Positions 10,779-19,086 of a stretch of DNA of 58,811 nt are shown here, piece by piece. Made by a program: the position numbers and the translations under genes. This DNA is from Candidatus Iainarchaeum sp. (lineage in GTDB: Archaea; B1Sed10-29), in assembly GCA_003558235.1 (NCBI GenBank), contig PWMI01000095.1, forward strand, positions 1 through 58,811, given 5' to 3'. The notes below the pieces were generated by a model. That model saw only the letters and a program-made list of their open reading frames with translations. It did not search any database and was not told the origin of the DNA. Within the stretch, counting starts at the first letter, position 1, and each line of letters begins with the position of its first letter.

Positions 10779-11259
10779 TCTTCTCTTCTTCTACTTCTTC
10801 CTTGTCTTTTTTTGTTTCTTTTGCTTGTTCGGTTTTTTCTGGTTTGTCTTTTTTTGTTTCTTGTTTTTCCTCTGTTTTATCTTCTTCTTCATCGCTTTTT
10901 ATTTTGTTTATCTTTTTTATTATCTTTTTTATGTCTTTTTGTGCTTCCCCTGTGTTGCTTATTGCTAGGCTTGATGTTCCTAGTTTTATTCCACTCGCTG
11001 ATCCGAGTTCTTTTTGGGATGGTACGAATATGTAGGGCACTCCTTTTTCTTTTGCTAGTATCGGAAGGTGTGCAATTATCTCTGGGGGGTTTACGTCTTC
11101 GGCTATTACTACTATCTTCGCGTTCTTTCTTTCTATTGCTTTTGTTACTTCGTTTATCCCTCTTCTTATCTTTCCTTTTCTTTTTGCTTTTTCTACTGCG
11201 TCGTAGGTTTCTCTGGCTAGTTGTTCTGGTACTTCGAAGTCTTGGTATGTGTTTGTCAT
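10771..11259 (-). CDS. rpl7ae: 50S ribosomal protein L7Ae (eL8, kink-turn binding) with a Lys/Glu-rich C-terminal extension
   Basis: RRGINEVTKAIERKNAKIVVIAEDVNPPEI core. GAGGTGG RBS at 11267..11273. About 40 extra E/K residues at the C-terminus. Confidence 0.94.
   Translation of the reverse strand: MTNTYQDFEVPEQLARETYDAVEKAKRKGKIRRGINEVTKAIERKNAKIVVIAEDVNPPEIIAHLPILAKEKGVPYIFVPSQKELGSASGIKLGTSSLAISNTGEAQKDIKKIIKKINKIKSDEEEDKTEEKQETKKDKPEKTEQAKETKKDKEEVEEEKSE
10801..10860. repeat. Dispersed repeat copy B, coding for the L7Ae tail module
   Basis: 55/60 nt identical to 7981..8040, with the same 26-nt exact core at 10825..10850. Confidence 0.85.
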
Positions 11260-11426
11260 GTTCTATCCACCTCGTTTTTTCATTGGCTTCATTTAGATCT
11301 TTTTGTTTCTTTGATCTATATGAGTAGTGTAGTTTGTGTATCTTCTTTGCTTCATCGTGGTTTATAACTATTTTTGTATTTTTGTTTCATCTGGAATGTC
11401 TTTGGGTTTTTTTTGATGTTTTCAGT

Positions 11427-13118
11427 TTAGTTGTGGCTGTATACCGCTTTTACTTCTTCGCCTTTTTCACTTATCTTCACGAATCCGTATCTTTCGAATT
11501 GGATGGTTTCTCCTTCTTCGACTTTTTTCAGGTGTTCTTCACCGTAGCCACCCTGGGTGTCTCCGGAGGTAAGGGTAACTGAAACTTCAAGGTGGTTTTC
11601 GGTGACCCATTGGAGGATATTGTTTGGTTGCGCTTTTATTTGTTTCCCAATGAATTTAGATAATACTGCTTGCTCGTCCTTTGAAGTAACCTCGACAGTT
11701 ATCGCTCCTTTTAACCGTACCTTGTCTCCTTTTTTTAGTCTTTCTGCGTCGTTGCTTGGAATGTAGAAAACTTGTTCTCCTTCTTTGAAGTGGTATTTTT
11801 TTCTCCCCATGTTTTTCTCTGGGTGGAAGGGTACTTCTACTGTGGTTTTTTCCATGTTTTTCACGGTGAGTTTCTTCGGTTTGGGTACGAAGTAGAATCT
11901 ACGGGTTTCTGAGTCTATCATCTTCCGGTTTTCTGAGTATAGGTTGTCTATCGGGACTGTTGAGTTTGATTCGCTTAGGCCGGTTGATAGTACGAATTTT
12001 TTTATCGCTTCGGGGGTTATGCCTCTGGATCGGAGGGATCGGATGCTCCATGTTCTTGGATCTTCCCATCCTTCGTATTCCTTTGAGTCTATCTTTCTTT
12101 TTGCTTCAGATGAGCTGAGGTTTATTCCTTCTATGTTCATCAGGCCGGTGTGTATGAATTCTACGTGTGAGTAATCGATGTTCAGTGTGTCCCATATGTA
12201 CTTTTCCATCTTGGTTTCCATCATGAGGTCTTTTCCTCTTAGTATGTGGGTCATTCCAAGTAGGTAATCGTCTACTGCCCATGAGAAGTCTAGTAAGGGC
12301 CATACGTGGTATTTTTTCCCTGTTCTAGGGTGTTTTTGTTCGCTTATCCTCATGATTACTCTGTCTCTGAATGCGGGGTCTTTGTGTTTCATGTCTGTTT
12401 TTATTCGTAGTACTGCTTCACCTTCTTTGTAGTCTCCTTTTAGCATTTTCTGGAACTCTTCTTCTGTTTTTTCTTTTGGTTGTTTTCTGTGTATGCATTC
12501 TCTTTGTTCTTTTCTGAATCTTCTTAGTTTTTCGACTGAACAGGTGCAGATGTATGCTTTTTCTTTTTCTATTACTTTTTCTGCCCATTCGTAGTATTTT
12601 TCCATTCTGTTTGATTTGAGGTGGACTTCGTCGTAGTTGAGGTTCAGCCACTTCATATCTTCTTTTATCATTTCGTATGCTTTTGGGTCTATTCTTTTTT
12701 CTTTTGAGCCGATTGTGTCATCTAGAACTAGTATGAATTTTCCATCATGTTGTTCTTTTGAGTAGAAGTGATTTAGGACTGCTTGTTTAGCGTGACCTAG
12801 GTGTAGGGGACCGGAGGGGTATGGTGCGAACCTCATGATTACTTTATCGGTTTTTCCTGGGAGTTTTGCTATTTTTTGTTCTTCCTCTTTTTTTTCAAGG
12901 GCTTCTGGGTATATCTCGATTAGTTTTCTTTCTTGTTGTTCTTGGGTCATCTCATTGACTTCTTTGATTACTTGACTGGTTTTTTTACCTAGTTCGGACA
13001 TCTTTTCTTTTAGCTCTGGTTTTTCTCCGAGGACTTTGTTTATTACTGGTTTTACTTCTGCTTCACCATGATGTTCGTAGGCGTTCTTCAGGGAGTGTTT
13101 GAGAATTAGGTACTTCAT
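11427..13118 (-). CDS. gltX: Glutamyl-tRNA synthetase (archaeal/eukaryal type)
   Basis: RFAPYPSGPLHLGHAK (HIGH region). Class Ic Glx-RS architecture, 563 aa. Confidence 0.9.
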   Translation of the reverse strand: MKYLILKHSLKNAYEHHGEAEVKPVINKVLGEKPELKEKMSELGKKTSQVIKEVNEMTQEQQERKLIEIYPEALEKKEEEQKIAKLPGKTDKVIMRFAPYPSGPLHLGHAKQAVLNHFYSKEQHDGKFILVLDDTIGSKEKRIDPKAYEMIKEDMKWLNLNYDEVHLKSNRMEKYYEWAEKVIEKEKAYICTCSVEKLRRFRKEQRECIHRKQPKEKTEEEFQKMLKGDYKEGEAVLRIKTDMKHKDPAFRDRVIMRISEQKHPRTGKKYHVWPLLDFSWAVDDYLLGMTHILRGKDLMMETKMEKYIWDTLNIDYSHVEFIHTGLMNIEGINLSSSEAKRKIDSKEYEGWEDPRTWSIRSLRSRGITPEAIKKFVLSTGLSESNSTVPIDNLYSENRKMIDSETRRFYFVPKPKKLTVKNMEKTTVEVPFHPEKNMGRKKYHFKEGEQVFYIPSNDAERLKKGDKVRLKGAITVEVTSKDEQAVLSKFIGKQIKAQPNNILQWVTENHLEVSVTLTSGDTQGGYGEEHLKKVEEGETIQFERYGFVKISEKGEEVKAVYSHN

Positions 13119-13229
13119 TTTTGACTTCTCCTTTTTAGTGGTTTTTACCTGTGGTTATTAGATGGTTTAATCTTAATAACCCTGATTGAGAGAGGGGTGG
13201 GTGAAGAAGAGGGGGGTGAGAGGGATTTT

Positions 13230-13853
13230 CTACCTCTCGGTCTTGAAGTCTTCTGGTTTGTAGTTGAATTCCTCGTTTTTTTCTATTGTTCCCTTTTCCT
13301 TTAGGGCTTCTCTTGTTAGGAGGTAGTAGATTAGTGCGAGTGATTCTTTTCCTTTGTTGTTGACTGGGATTATTAAGTCTATGTTTGCGACTATGTTTGA
13401 GGTGTCACAGAGGCTTATTACTGGTATCTTCGCGGTTCTAGCTTCTTTTATTGCTTGTCTGTCTACTGATGGATCTGCTGTTACTACTAGGTTGGGTTCT
13501 ATGAATTTTTTTCCTTTTGGATTTGTTAGCATTCCTGGTGTGAATCTTCTGATTGCTGCTTTTGTCCCTAGAATTTCCGCCATTTTGTTAACGGGTTTTT
13601 GTGCGTATGTTCTTCCTGCTACTAGCAGTATTTTCCCGGGTTCTTGTTTTGCGATCATTTTTGCTGCTGTTTTTATTCTTTGGTCTATCTCTGTTATGTT
13701 TAGGACCCATAGTCCGTCGTCTCTGCATTTGTACGTGAATTCATTCATTTTTCCTGTTTTGAACTTTGATCCTATGTGTACGCCTGCTTCCAGGTACTTT
13801 TCTAGTGGTACTAGGGGGTTTTCTAGGTTCATTTTGTCTTCTTTTTCAGTCAT
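13230..13853 (-). CDS. rps2: 30S ribosomal protein S2 (uS2)
   Basis: LEAGVHIGSK and FTPGMLTNP motifs. Conserved eno-rps2 adjacency. Confidence 0.94.
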   Translation of the reverse strand: MTEKEDKMNLENPLVPLEKYLEAGVHIGSKFKTGKMNEFTYKCRDDGLWVLNITEIDQRIKTAAKMIAKQEPGKILLVAGRTYAQKPVNKMAEILGTKAAIRRFTPGMLTNPKGKKFIEPNLVVTADPSVDRQAIKEARTAKIPVISLCDTSNIVANIDLIIPVNNKGKESLALIYYLLTREALKEKGTIEKNEEFNYKPEDFKTER

Positions 13854-15065
13854 TTATTCACCTTTTAGGTAGTTTTCTATTCGTATTAACTCGTTTAGTT
13901 TTGCTACTCTTTCTCCACCTGTTATTCCTATCTTCATCATTGGTGTTTGGTGTGCTATTGCTAGGTGGGATATGAATGTGTCGTTGGTTTCTGCTGATCT
14001 GTGTGATATTGTGGTGTGGTATCTTTCTTGTTTGGCTCTTTTTATTGTTTTCTTAGTATCGGTTATGGTTCCGACTTGGTTTGGTTTTATTAGTATTGTG
14101 TTGCATGCTTTTTCTTTTATTCCTTTTTCGAATCTCTTCAGGTTGGTTGTGAAGATGTCGTCTCCGCATATGATTTTGTTTTTTTGTTTTTTTGTTAGTT
14201 TCGCGTGGTTTTGGAAGTCTTCTTCTTCAAATGGGTCTTCTATGTATGTTAGGTCGTGGTCTTCTATTATTTGTATGATGTGTGAGAACTGTTCTTCTGG
14301 GTCTCTTTTTTTCTCTTCGTAGTGATACTTTCCTTTTCTGTATATCTCTGATGCTGCTGCGTCTATGCCTATTTCTATGGTTTTTCCGGTTGCTTCTTCC
14401 ACTCGTTCTTTTGCTATGTTCATTATTCTGAGGCATTCTTCGTTGTTCAATGTGGTTGTGTAGCCTAGTTCGAGTCCTCTTCCACCTGTGAAGCATTTGT
14501 CTTCTTTTTCTAGGGATTTTTTTACTTCTTCATACATTTTTAGGTTTAGTAAGCAGGATTCTTTGAAGCTGTCTGTTTTGAGGGGTATTGAGAGGAATTC
14601 TTGTATCTCGGGGCCTTTGTGTGAGTGTAGTCCACCGGATATGCATTTTCCTATGTGTCTTGGGAGGTGGTAATTCTTCACTTTGTTTAGGTGGTGGTGT
14701 AGGGGTATGTTTTGTGTGTCTGCTGCTGCTTTTGCTGTGGCTATTGAGAGGGGGAGGGTTACTGCTGCTCCGTAGTTTTTCAGTGTTGGGGTTCCGTCGA
14801 TTTTCTTTATTTCTTCGTCTATTTCTTCTTGTTTGAGGCTGTTTATTCCTACTATCTGTGGGTATAGTTTTTGTTTGGCTTTTTTTATCAGTTTTTCTGG
14901 TTTTTCTGGTAGTTGTGTTACTTCGTGTTTTCCTGCGGATGTGCCTATGGGTGCGCTGGCTCTTCCGAATCCTTTTTGGGTGTATACATCGGTTTCTATT
15001 GTTTTCTGTCCTTTTGAGTTGAGTATTACCCGTGACTCTATTTTTTGTATGGTTGTTTGATCCAT
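13854..15065 (-). CDS. eno: Enolase
   Basis: SRVILNSKGQKTIE N-terminus, SHRSAETND active-site loop and IKPNQVGT motif. 403 aa. Confidence 0.93.
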   Translation of the reverse strand: MDQTTIQKIESRVILNSKGQKTIETDVYTQKGFGRASAPIGTSAGKHEVTQLPEKPEKLIKKAKQKLYPQIVGINSLKQEEIDEEIKKIDGTPTLKNYGAAVTLPLSIATAKAAADTQNIPLHHHLNKVKNYHLPRHIGKCISGGLHSHKGPEIQEFLSIPLKTDSFKESCLLNLKMYEEVKKSLEKEDKCFTGGRGLELGYTTTLNNEECLRIMNIAKERVEEATGKTIEIGIDAAASEIYRKGKYHYEEKKRDPEEQFSHIIQIIEDHDLTYIEDPFEEEDFQNHAKLTKKQKNKIICGDDIFTTNLKRFEKGIKEKACNTILIKPNQVGTITDTKKTIKRAKQERYHTTISHRSAETNDTFISHLAIAHQTPMMKIGITGGERVAKLNELIRIENYLKGE

Positions 15066-15087
15066 TTTTTGCCTCTTCTTTGGGTGA

Positions 15088-15193
15088 TGGGGCCAGCGAG
15101 ATTTTCACTTAAGGACCCCTAAGGTTCCTTATGTATCGAACTCACGTCGCCACCGCCCCGGGGTGGCAGGATGCCAGGCTACCCTATGGCCCC
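15088..15193 (-). tRNA. tRNA-Pro (anticodon GGG), interrupted by a roughly 33-nt intron in the T-loop
   Basis: Hand-folded. Acceptor GGGGCCA/TGGCCCC; anticodon arm CCACC-CCGGGGC-GGTGG; T-stem GTGAG/CTCGC enclosing TTCGA[33 nt]AT. Sits at the conserved rpoN-tRNAPro position. Confidence 0.8.
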
Positions 15194-15194
15194 A

Positions 15195-15392
15195 TTAGTA
15201 GATTGAGTATCTGTTCACTTCGTCTATGTGGTCTTCGTGGCTTACTACCATTCTCCTGCAGCAGTATCTTCTGAGTCCTAGTTGGTCCATTACTTCTTTT
15301 GGGTCTTTTCCTTTTTGTGTTTCCTCTTGGAATTTTTCCCATAGGTGTCCTATGGGTTTTCCGCAGCTGAAGCACCTTACCGGTATCAACAT
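15195..15392 (-). CDS. rpoN: DNA-directed RNA polymerase subunit N (Rpo10)
   Basis: MLIPVRCFSCGKPIG...YCCRRM zinc motif. 65 aa. Confidence 0.95.
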   Translation of the reverse strand: MLIPVRCFSCGKPIGHLWEKFQEETQKGKDPKEVMDQLGLRRYCCRRMVVSHEDHIDEVNRYSIY

Positions 15393-15403
15393 GTTTTTTC
15401 ACC

Positions 15404-15820
15404 TTATCTGTAGGACTTTGTTGGTTTTGCTCTTGCTCCTTTTCGGAGGGGTTTCTTTGGTTCTTTTCTTCTGTAGTCGTCTATTAGTAGTGATCGGTCG
15501 TACTGCATGAATTTTCTGTTTAGTTGTTCTGAGTCGCTCCATTCTGCTAGGGCTTTCCCTATGGATGTTCTTGATGCGAGGGTTTGTCCTGTTTTTCCTC
15601 CGCCTTTCACGTTTACGTGTATGTCTATTTTGTTCATTTTGTCTTCGCCGAGTATTTCTTTGGCTATGTTGAGTGGTTCGTTGATCATTCTTCTTGCTAC
15701 GTCGGGAGTGTAGAGGTCTATTGGTTGTTTGTTGATTTTTACTTTGCCTTTTCCTTTTTTGAGTACTGCTCTTGCTATTGCTTCTTTCTTTTTTCCTTTG
15801 GTGAAGACTTCTTTTTTCAT
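15404..15820 (-). CDS. rps9: 30S ribosomal protein S9 (uS9)
   Basis: GGGKTGQ motif and C-terminal KSYR. 138 aa. Confidence 0.95.
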   Translation of the reverse strand: MKKEVFTKGKKKEAIARAVLKKGKGKVKINKQPIDLYTPDVARRMINEPLNIAKEILGEDKMNKIDIHVNVKGGGKTGQTLASRTSIGKALAEWSDSEQLNRKFMQYDRSLLIDDYRRKEPKKPLRKGARAKPTKSYR

Positions 15821-15824
15821 GTTA

Positions 15825-16244
15825 TCACTTTTTTCCTATTTCTTGACATAGTTTTTCTATGGTTATATGTGGTTTGCTTAGTTTTTCTTTGTTTTGTTTG
15901 GTTTCTGCTTTTAGGTTTTCAGGGTTTCCTATGTATGCTTTTATTCTTTTCTTTATTTTTTTGTTCATGCTCTTTTCTTTTGCCAGCATTCTTCTTATTC
16001 TGCCTTTTACGAATAGGTCTGGTCTTCTGGAGACTATCTTTGGGCTTTTTTTAGGGTTTCCTATGTTTCTTAAGTTGAATTTGTCTTGGTATCTCTTAAC
16101 TGTGTTCTTTCTTCTTCCTGTTATTATGATGTCTTCTGCGTTGATTATCTTGACTTGCTTGCCTTTCTTGGCTTCGTTTATGGCTTCGCATGCGAGTCTT
16201 CCCAAGACTCGGTTTTTGCCGTTTATCACTTTTACTTTGTCCAT
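15825..16244 (-). CDS. rpl13: 50S ribosomal protein L13 (uL13)
   Basis: VINGKNRVLGRLA N-terminus. Conserved L13-S9 pairing. Confidence 0.94.
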   Translation of the reverse strand: MDKVKVINGKNRVLGRLACEAINEAKKGKQVKIINAEDIIITGRRKNTVKRYQDKFNLRNIGNPKKSPKIVSRRPDLFVKGRIRRMLAKEKSMNKKIKKRIKAYIGNPENLKAETKQNKEKLSKPHITIEKLCQEIGKK

Positions 16245-16261
16245 TTAATCATCTCTTGAGT

Positions 16262-16612
16262 TTATTTAATTATCCTTGCTTTGCTTTTGTCTATCTTTTC
16301 TTCTAGTGCTTGTTCTATGGTCATTGTTTTTCCGCCTGCTTTCTCTATTTTTTCTTTTGCGGACTGTGAGTAGTTGAGTGCGGCTACATTTATTTTTTTG
16401 CTGATTTCTCCGTGGCCTATTACTTTTCCTGGTACTAAGGCGGTTTCGCCGTTTTCAAGTTCTGATTCTAGTTTGTATGTGTTTACTTCTGCTCTTCTTC
16501 TGTTTGCTCTGCTTAGTTCTTTACTCAGTGCTTTCCAGAGGCCTTCTTCTGCTCGAAGTTTCTTTACTAGTTTCTTTATTCTTGGGTTCGTTGTTTTTGT
16601 CTTCATTTTCAT
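16262..16612 (-). CDS. rpl18e: 50S ribosomal protein L18e (eL18)
   Basis: TNPRIKKLVKKL and VPGKVIGHGEI motifs. The start was moved to the internal Met because the track ORF N-terminus runs through a tRNA gene. Confidence 0.9.
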   Translation of the reverse strand: MKMKTKTTNPRIKKLVKKLRAEEGLWKALSKELSRANRRRAEVNTYKLESELENGETALVPGKVIGHGEISKKINVAALNYSQSAKEKIEKAGGKTMTIEQALEEKIDKSKARIIK

Positions 16613-16632
16613 CACTTTTTTGTGTTGTGGTA

Positions 16633-16749
16633 TGCGGGGAACGGGATATTCACTGGAGGGACTTGTTGTCCCTCTCGGTTTTGAACCCGTGAAGGCACTA
16701 AGCCACATGGCCCTCAACCATGCCCTTTTGACCGCTCAGGCATCCCCGC
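16633..16749 (-). tRNA. tRNA-Leu (anticodon GAG), class II, interrupted by a roughly 33-nt intron in the T-loop
   Basis: Hand-folded. Acceptor GCGGGGA/TCCCCGC; anticodon arm CATGG-TTGAGGG-CCATG; 15-nt variable arm; T-stem ACGGG/CCCGT enclosing TTCAA[33 nt]AT. Confidence 0.82.
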
Positions 16750-16752
16750 TTT

Positions 16753-17379
16753 TCACTTCTCCTTGATTTGTTCTTCTAGTTCTTCTGCTTTTTGTTTTAT
16801 GATGTTTAGTGATTGTTTGAGTATTTCTCTTGGTTTTTTCTCGCAGTATGTTTCTATGGTGAACTGGAACTCTGTTTGTGGGTCTTCTTTCGCTGGTTTT
16901 TTTAGGTTTGTGTTGTAGGTTGTTAGGCAGGGTTTGTGTCTTGCGTGTTCTTTTCCTTTGCCTAGCTTTGCTATTGCTTCTAGCTCCATTTCTTGGCCTT
17001 CATTGAGTTTTGTTATGGGCATCTTTGGGTGTATTATCTTTACTTTAGGGTCTTCTGATTCGAACGTTGATGCGTAGATTGTTCCTGGTCCTTCTGCGGT
17101 TAGTGTTAGTGTTGTTGAGCATTCCGGGTCGAGTGGGTCTTCGCATTCTTCTGGTAGTTTGTAGTTTTTTGGGGTTGTTATTGGAATTAGTCCTATTCTG
17201 TTTGCGAGGTATTCATCGGGCATTGATCCATCGTTTTTGAAGAAGTCTATTTCAGTTACTGCCATTGTAGGTATTTCTCTCATTGTGGCTCGTCTTATTG
17301 CGTTAGCCATCGCTGCGTGACTTTCTTTCAGCTGAAAGATCATCTCTTCATCTTCTTCTTTTATGTTTGTTATCTTCAT
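16753..17379 (-). CDS. rpoD: DNA-directed RNA polymerase subunit D (Rpo3)
   Basis: ANAIRRATMREIPTMAV and ANRIGLIPI motifs. 208 aa. Confidence 0.94.
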   Translation of the reverse strand: MKITNIKEEDEEMIFQLKESHAAMANAIRRATMREIPTMAVTEIDFFKNDGSMPDEYLANRIGLIPITTPKNYKLPEECEDPLDPECSTTLTLTAEGPGTIYASTFESEDPKVKIIHPKMPITKLNEGQEMELEAIAKLGKGKEHARHKPCLTTYNTNLKKPAKEDPQTEFQFTIETYCEKKPREILKQSLNIIKQKAEELEEQIKEK

Positions 17380-17391
17380 GTTGTTTCCTCT

Positions 17392-17778
17392 TCAGGGTCT
17401 TCTTCCTCTTCTTCCACCTTTCTTCTTTGTTCCATCGTGTGGTATTGGGGTGACGTCCTCTATTTTTCCTATTCTGAGTTTGCTTCTTGCGAATGCTCTT
17501 ATTGCTGCTTGTGCTCCTGGTCCAGGGATCTTTGATTTGTGTCCTCCTGGTGCTCTTAGTTTAACGTCTACTCCTCTTATTCCTTTTTTACTTACTTCTT
17601 GTGCTGCTTCTTGTGCTGCTCTAGCTGCTGCGTGTGGCGATCCTTGTTTTCTGCTTGCTTTTTCGACCATTCCACCTGAACTTTTGGATAGTGTTTCGGA
17701 TCCTGTGGGGTCCGTTATCGTGATTACTGTGTTGTTGTTTGATGCGTATATGTGTGCTACTGCCCATTTTTCCTTCAT
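17392..17778 (-). CDS. rps11: 30S ribosomal protein S11 (uS11)
   Basis: [19 protein letters not shown] start and C-terminal [10 protein letters not shown]. Confidence 0.95.
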   Translation of the reverse strand: MKEKWAVAHIYASNNNTVITITDPTGSETLSKSSGGMVEKASRKQGSPHAAARAAQEAAQEVSKKGIRGVDVKLRAPGGHKSKIPGPGAQAAIRAFARSKLRIGKIEDVTPIPHDGTKKKGGRRGRRP

Positions 17779-18464
17779 TCTTCATCACCTTTTCCGTGCA
17801 TCTGTGTGTGGTGTATCTTCATTCCTCTTTCTGAACTGAAGCTTTTACCGCATTCTGGGCACTTTGCTCCTTTTTTTTCTTCTTTTGTTTCCTTTTTCTT
17901 TGGTTTTTTAGTTTTTTCTTTTTTCTTTGTTGGTTTTTCTTTCTTTTCTTCTTCTTGGAGTGGTTTTGCTTCTGATTGAGCGATTTTAATGGGTGTTTTG
18001 TACCACTGGATGGTTTTTTCTTCGTCTTTTGTGATTATCTTTCCTGGTACATTGACTTTTTTCCCGTTAACTTGAATGTGTCCGTGGGTTATTAGTTGTC
18101 TTGATTGCTTTGGGGTGTTTCCAAGGCCTTTTCTCCAGGCTTGTGTTTGTAGTCTTCTTTCTAGGAGGTCTTTGACCGTTAATGAGAGTACGTCGTCTAA
18201 GTCAGTTGTTTTTTTTGCTAGTCCTTGTTTCTCTAGTTTTTTGAGTAGTTCTTTTTCTTTTTCTTTTCTTTCTTCTTCAGGTAATCCAAGCATCTCTCTT
18301 GCTTGGTGTCGGTAGTTTCTTACTTTCGTTTTTGCTCTCCATATTTCTTTCTTGTTCTTCAATCCGTACTGTTTGGTGAGGTCTTTTTCCTCAAGTATCA
18401 TCCTGGCGTTCCAGGGGTTCTTTGGTTTGTCGAACTTTTTTCTGAGTGTTCTTGGGTCTCCCAT
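17775..18464 (-). CDS. rps4: 30S ribosomal protein S4 (uS4) with a C-terminal Lys-rich linker and a C2H2 zinc finger
   Basis: [18 protein letters not shown] and the S4 RNA-binding domain (LERRLQT...[11 protein letters not shown]). Extra C-terminal [23 protein letters not shown]. Confidence 0.94.
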   Translation of the reverse strand: MGDPRTLRKKFDKPKNPWNARMILEEKDLTKQYGLKNKKEIWRAKTKVRNYRHQAREMLGLPEEERKEKEKELLKKLEKQGLAKKTTDLDDVLSLTVKDLLERRLQTQAWRKGLGNTPKQSRQLITHGHIQVNGKKVNVPGKIITKDEEKTIQWYKTPIKIAQSEAKPLQEEEKKEKPTKKKEKTKKPKKKETKEEKKGAKCPECGKSFSSERGMKIHHTQMHGKGDEE

Positions 18465-18475
18465 TTATTCACCTG

Positions 18476-18952
18476 TTATTTTCCTTTTTTGCTGGGTAAC
18501 TTCTTTTTCTTTACTCCAACGGTTTTTTCTCCTCTGCCGGTTGTCTTTGTTCTTTGTCCTCTTACTCTTTTTCCATAGATGTGTCTTACTCCTCTGTAGC
18601 TCTTTATGCTTTTCATGAAGTCTATGTCTCTCTTTGTTTGTAGTTCGAGGTCTGCTTCAGTTAGGTGTTTGTTTTCGCCTGTTTCTCTGTCTTTTCTTCT
18701 GTTAAGCATGAAGGGGGGTATTCCGTAGTCGTGTAGGTTGGTTATGATTTTCTCGATCTTTTTTAGTTGCTTGTCGTCCAGGGTCCCTATCTTTGTTTCT
18801 TTGTCTATGTTGAGTTCTTCTGCTACTATCTGTGCTAGGGATGCGCTTAGATTTATCCCTATTCCCTTTATTTTTCTGAGGGCTTCACTTATTTCTAGGT
18901 GCCCGTTAACGTCCTTCTTTGCTAGACGGACGATCTCTTCTATTTCTGTCAT
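18476..18952 (-). CDS. rps13: 30S ribosomal protein S13 (uS13)
   Basis: IKGIGINLSASL, YRGVRH and GQRTKT motifs. The start was moved to the Met at 18952 because the track ORF N-terminus overlaps a tRNA gene. Confidence 0.92.
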   Translation of the reverse strand: MTEIEEIVRLAKKDVNGHLEISEALRKIKGIGINLSASLAQIVAEELNIDKETKIGTLDDKQLKKIEKIITNLHDYGIPPFMLNRRKDRETGENKHLTEADLELQTKRDIDFMKSIKSYRGVRHIYGKRVRGQRTKTTGRGEKTVGVKKKKLPSKKGK

Positions 18953-19086
18953 GTTTGTTACCTTCTTTCTTTTGCTATGGGTCTTCGCCTCTTTGGGCTC
19001 GCCTACACTTAAAATGTAGTGTTGTTTGAGTGGTATATTTTCTCTTTTTTCTTCTTTATAAATGTCTGCTTTGTTGTTTTTGTTTA

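Noticed and set aside
11260-11426. The 167-nt gap between gltX and rpl7ae as a possible C/D-box sRNA or small r-protein gene. It contains short ORFs of 9-20 aa.
   Set aside because: No canonical C box (RUGAUGA) followed by a D box (CUGA) in the correct order was found on either strand. The mini-ORFs lack an RBS and any similarity. The gap is probably the promoter and leader for the L7Ae-S28e-L24e operon.
14530-15108. Same-strand but out-of-frame ORFs encoding K/R/N/T/P-rich polypeptides. Examples are 14530..15108, 40556..41164, 44478..45446, 45546..45866, 47874..48413, 33393..33731, 53100..53759 (+) and 52553..52948 (+).
   Set aside because: They are alternative frames of A-rich genes (enolase, uS7, RpoA', RpoB'', uL3, Taw1, GltB-like). 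Their composition reflects AAN/AGN codon runs. No motifs or independent RBS signals were seen.
16753-17379. The short Rpo3/RpoD (208 aa), apparently lacking the Fe-S cluster domain.
   Set aside because: Cluster-less D subunits are already known in several archaeal lineages, so this is not unusual enough to flag.
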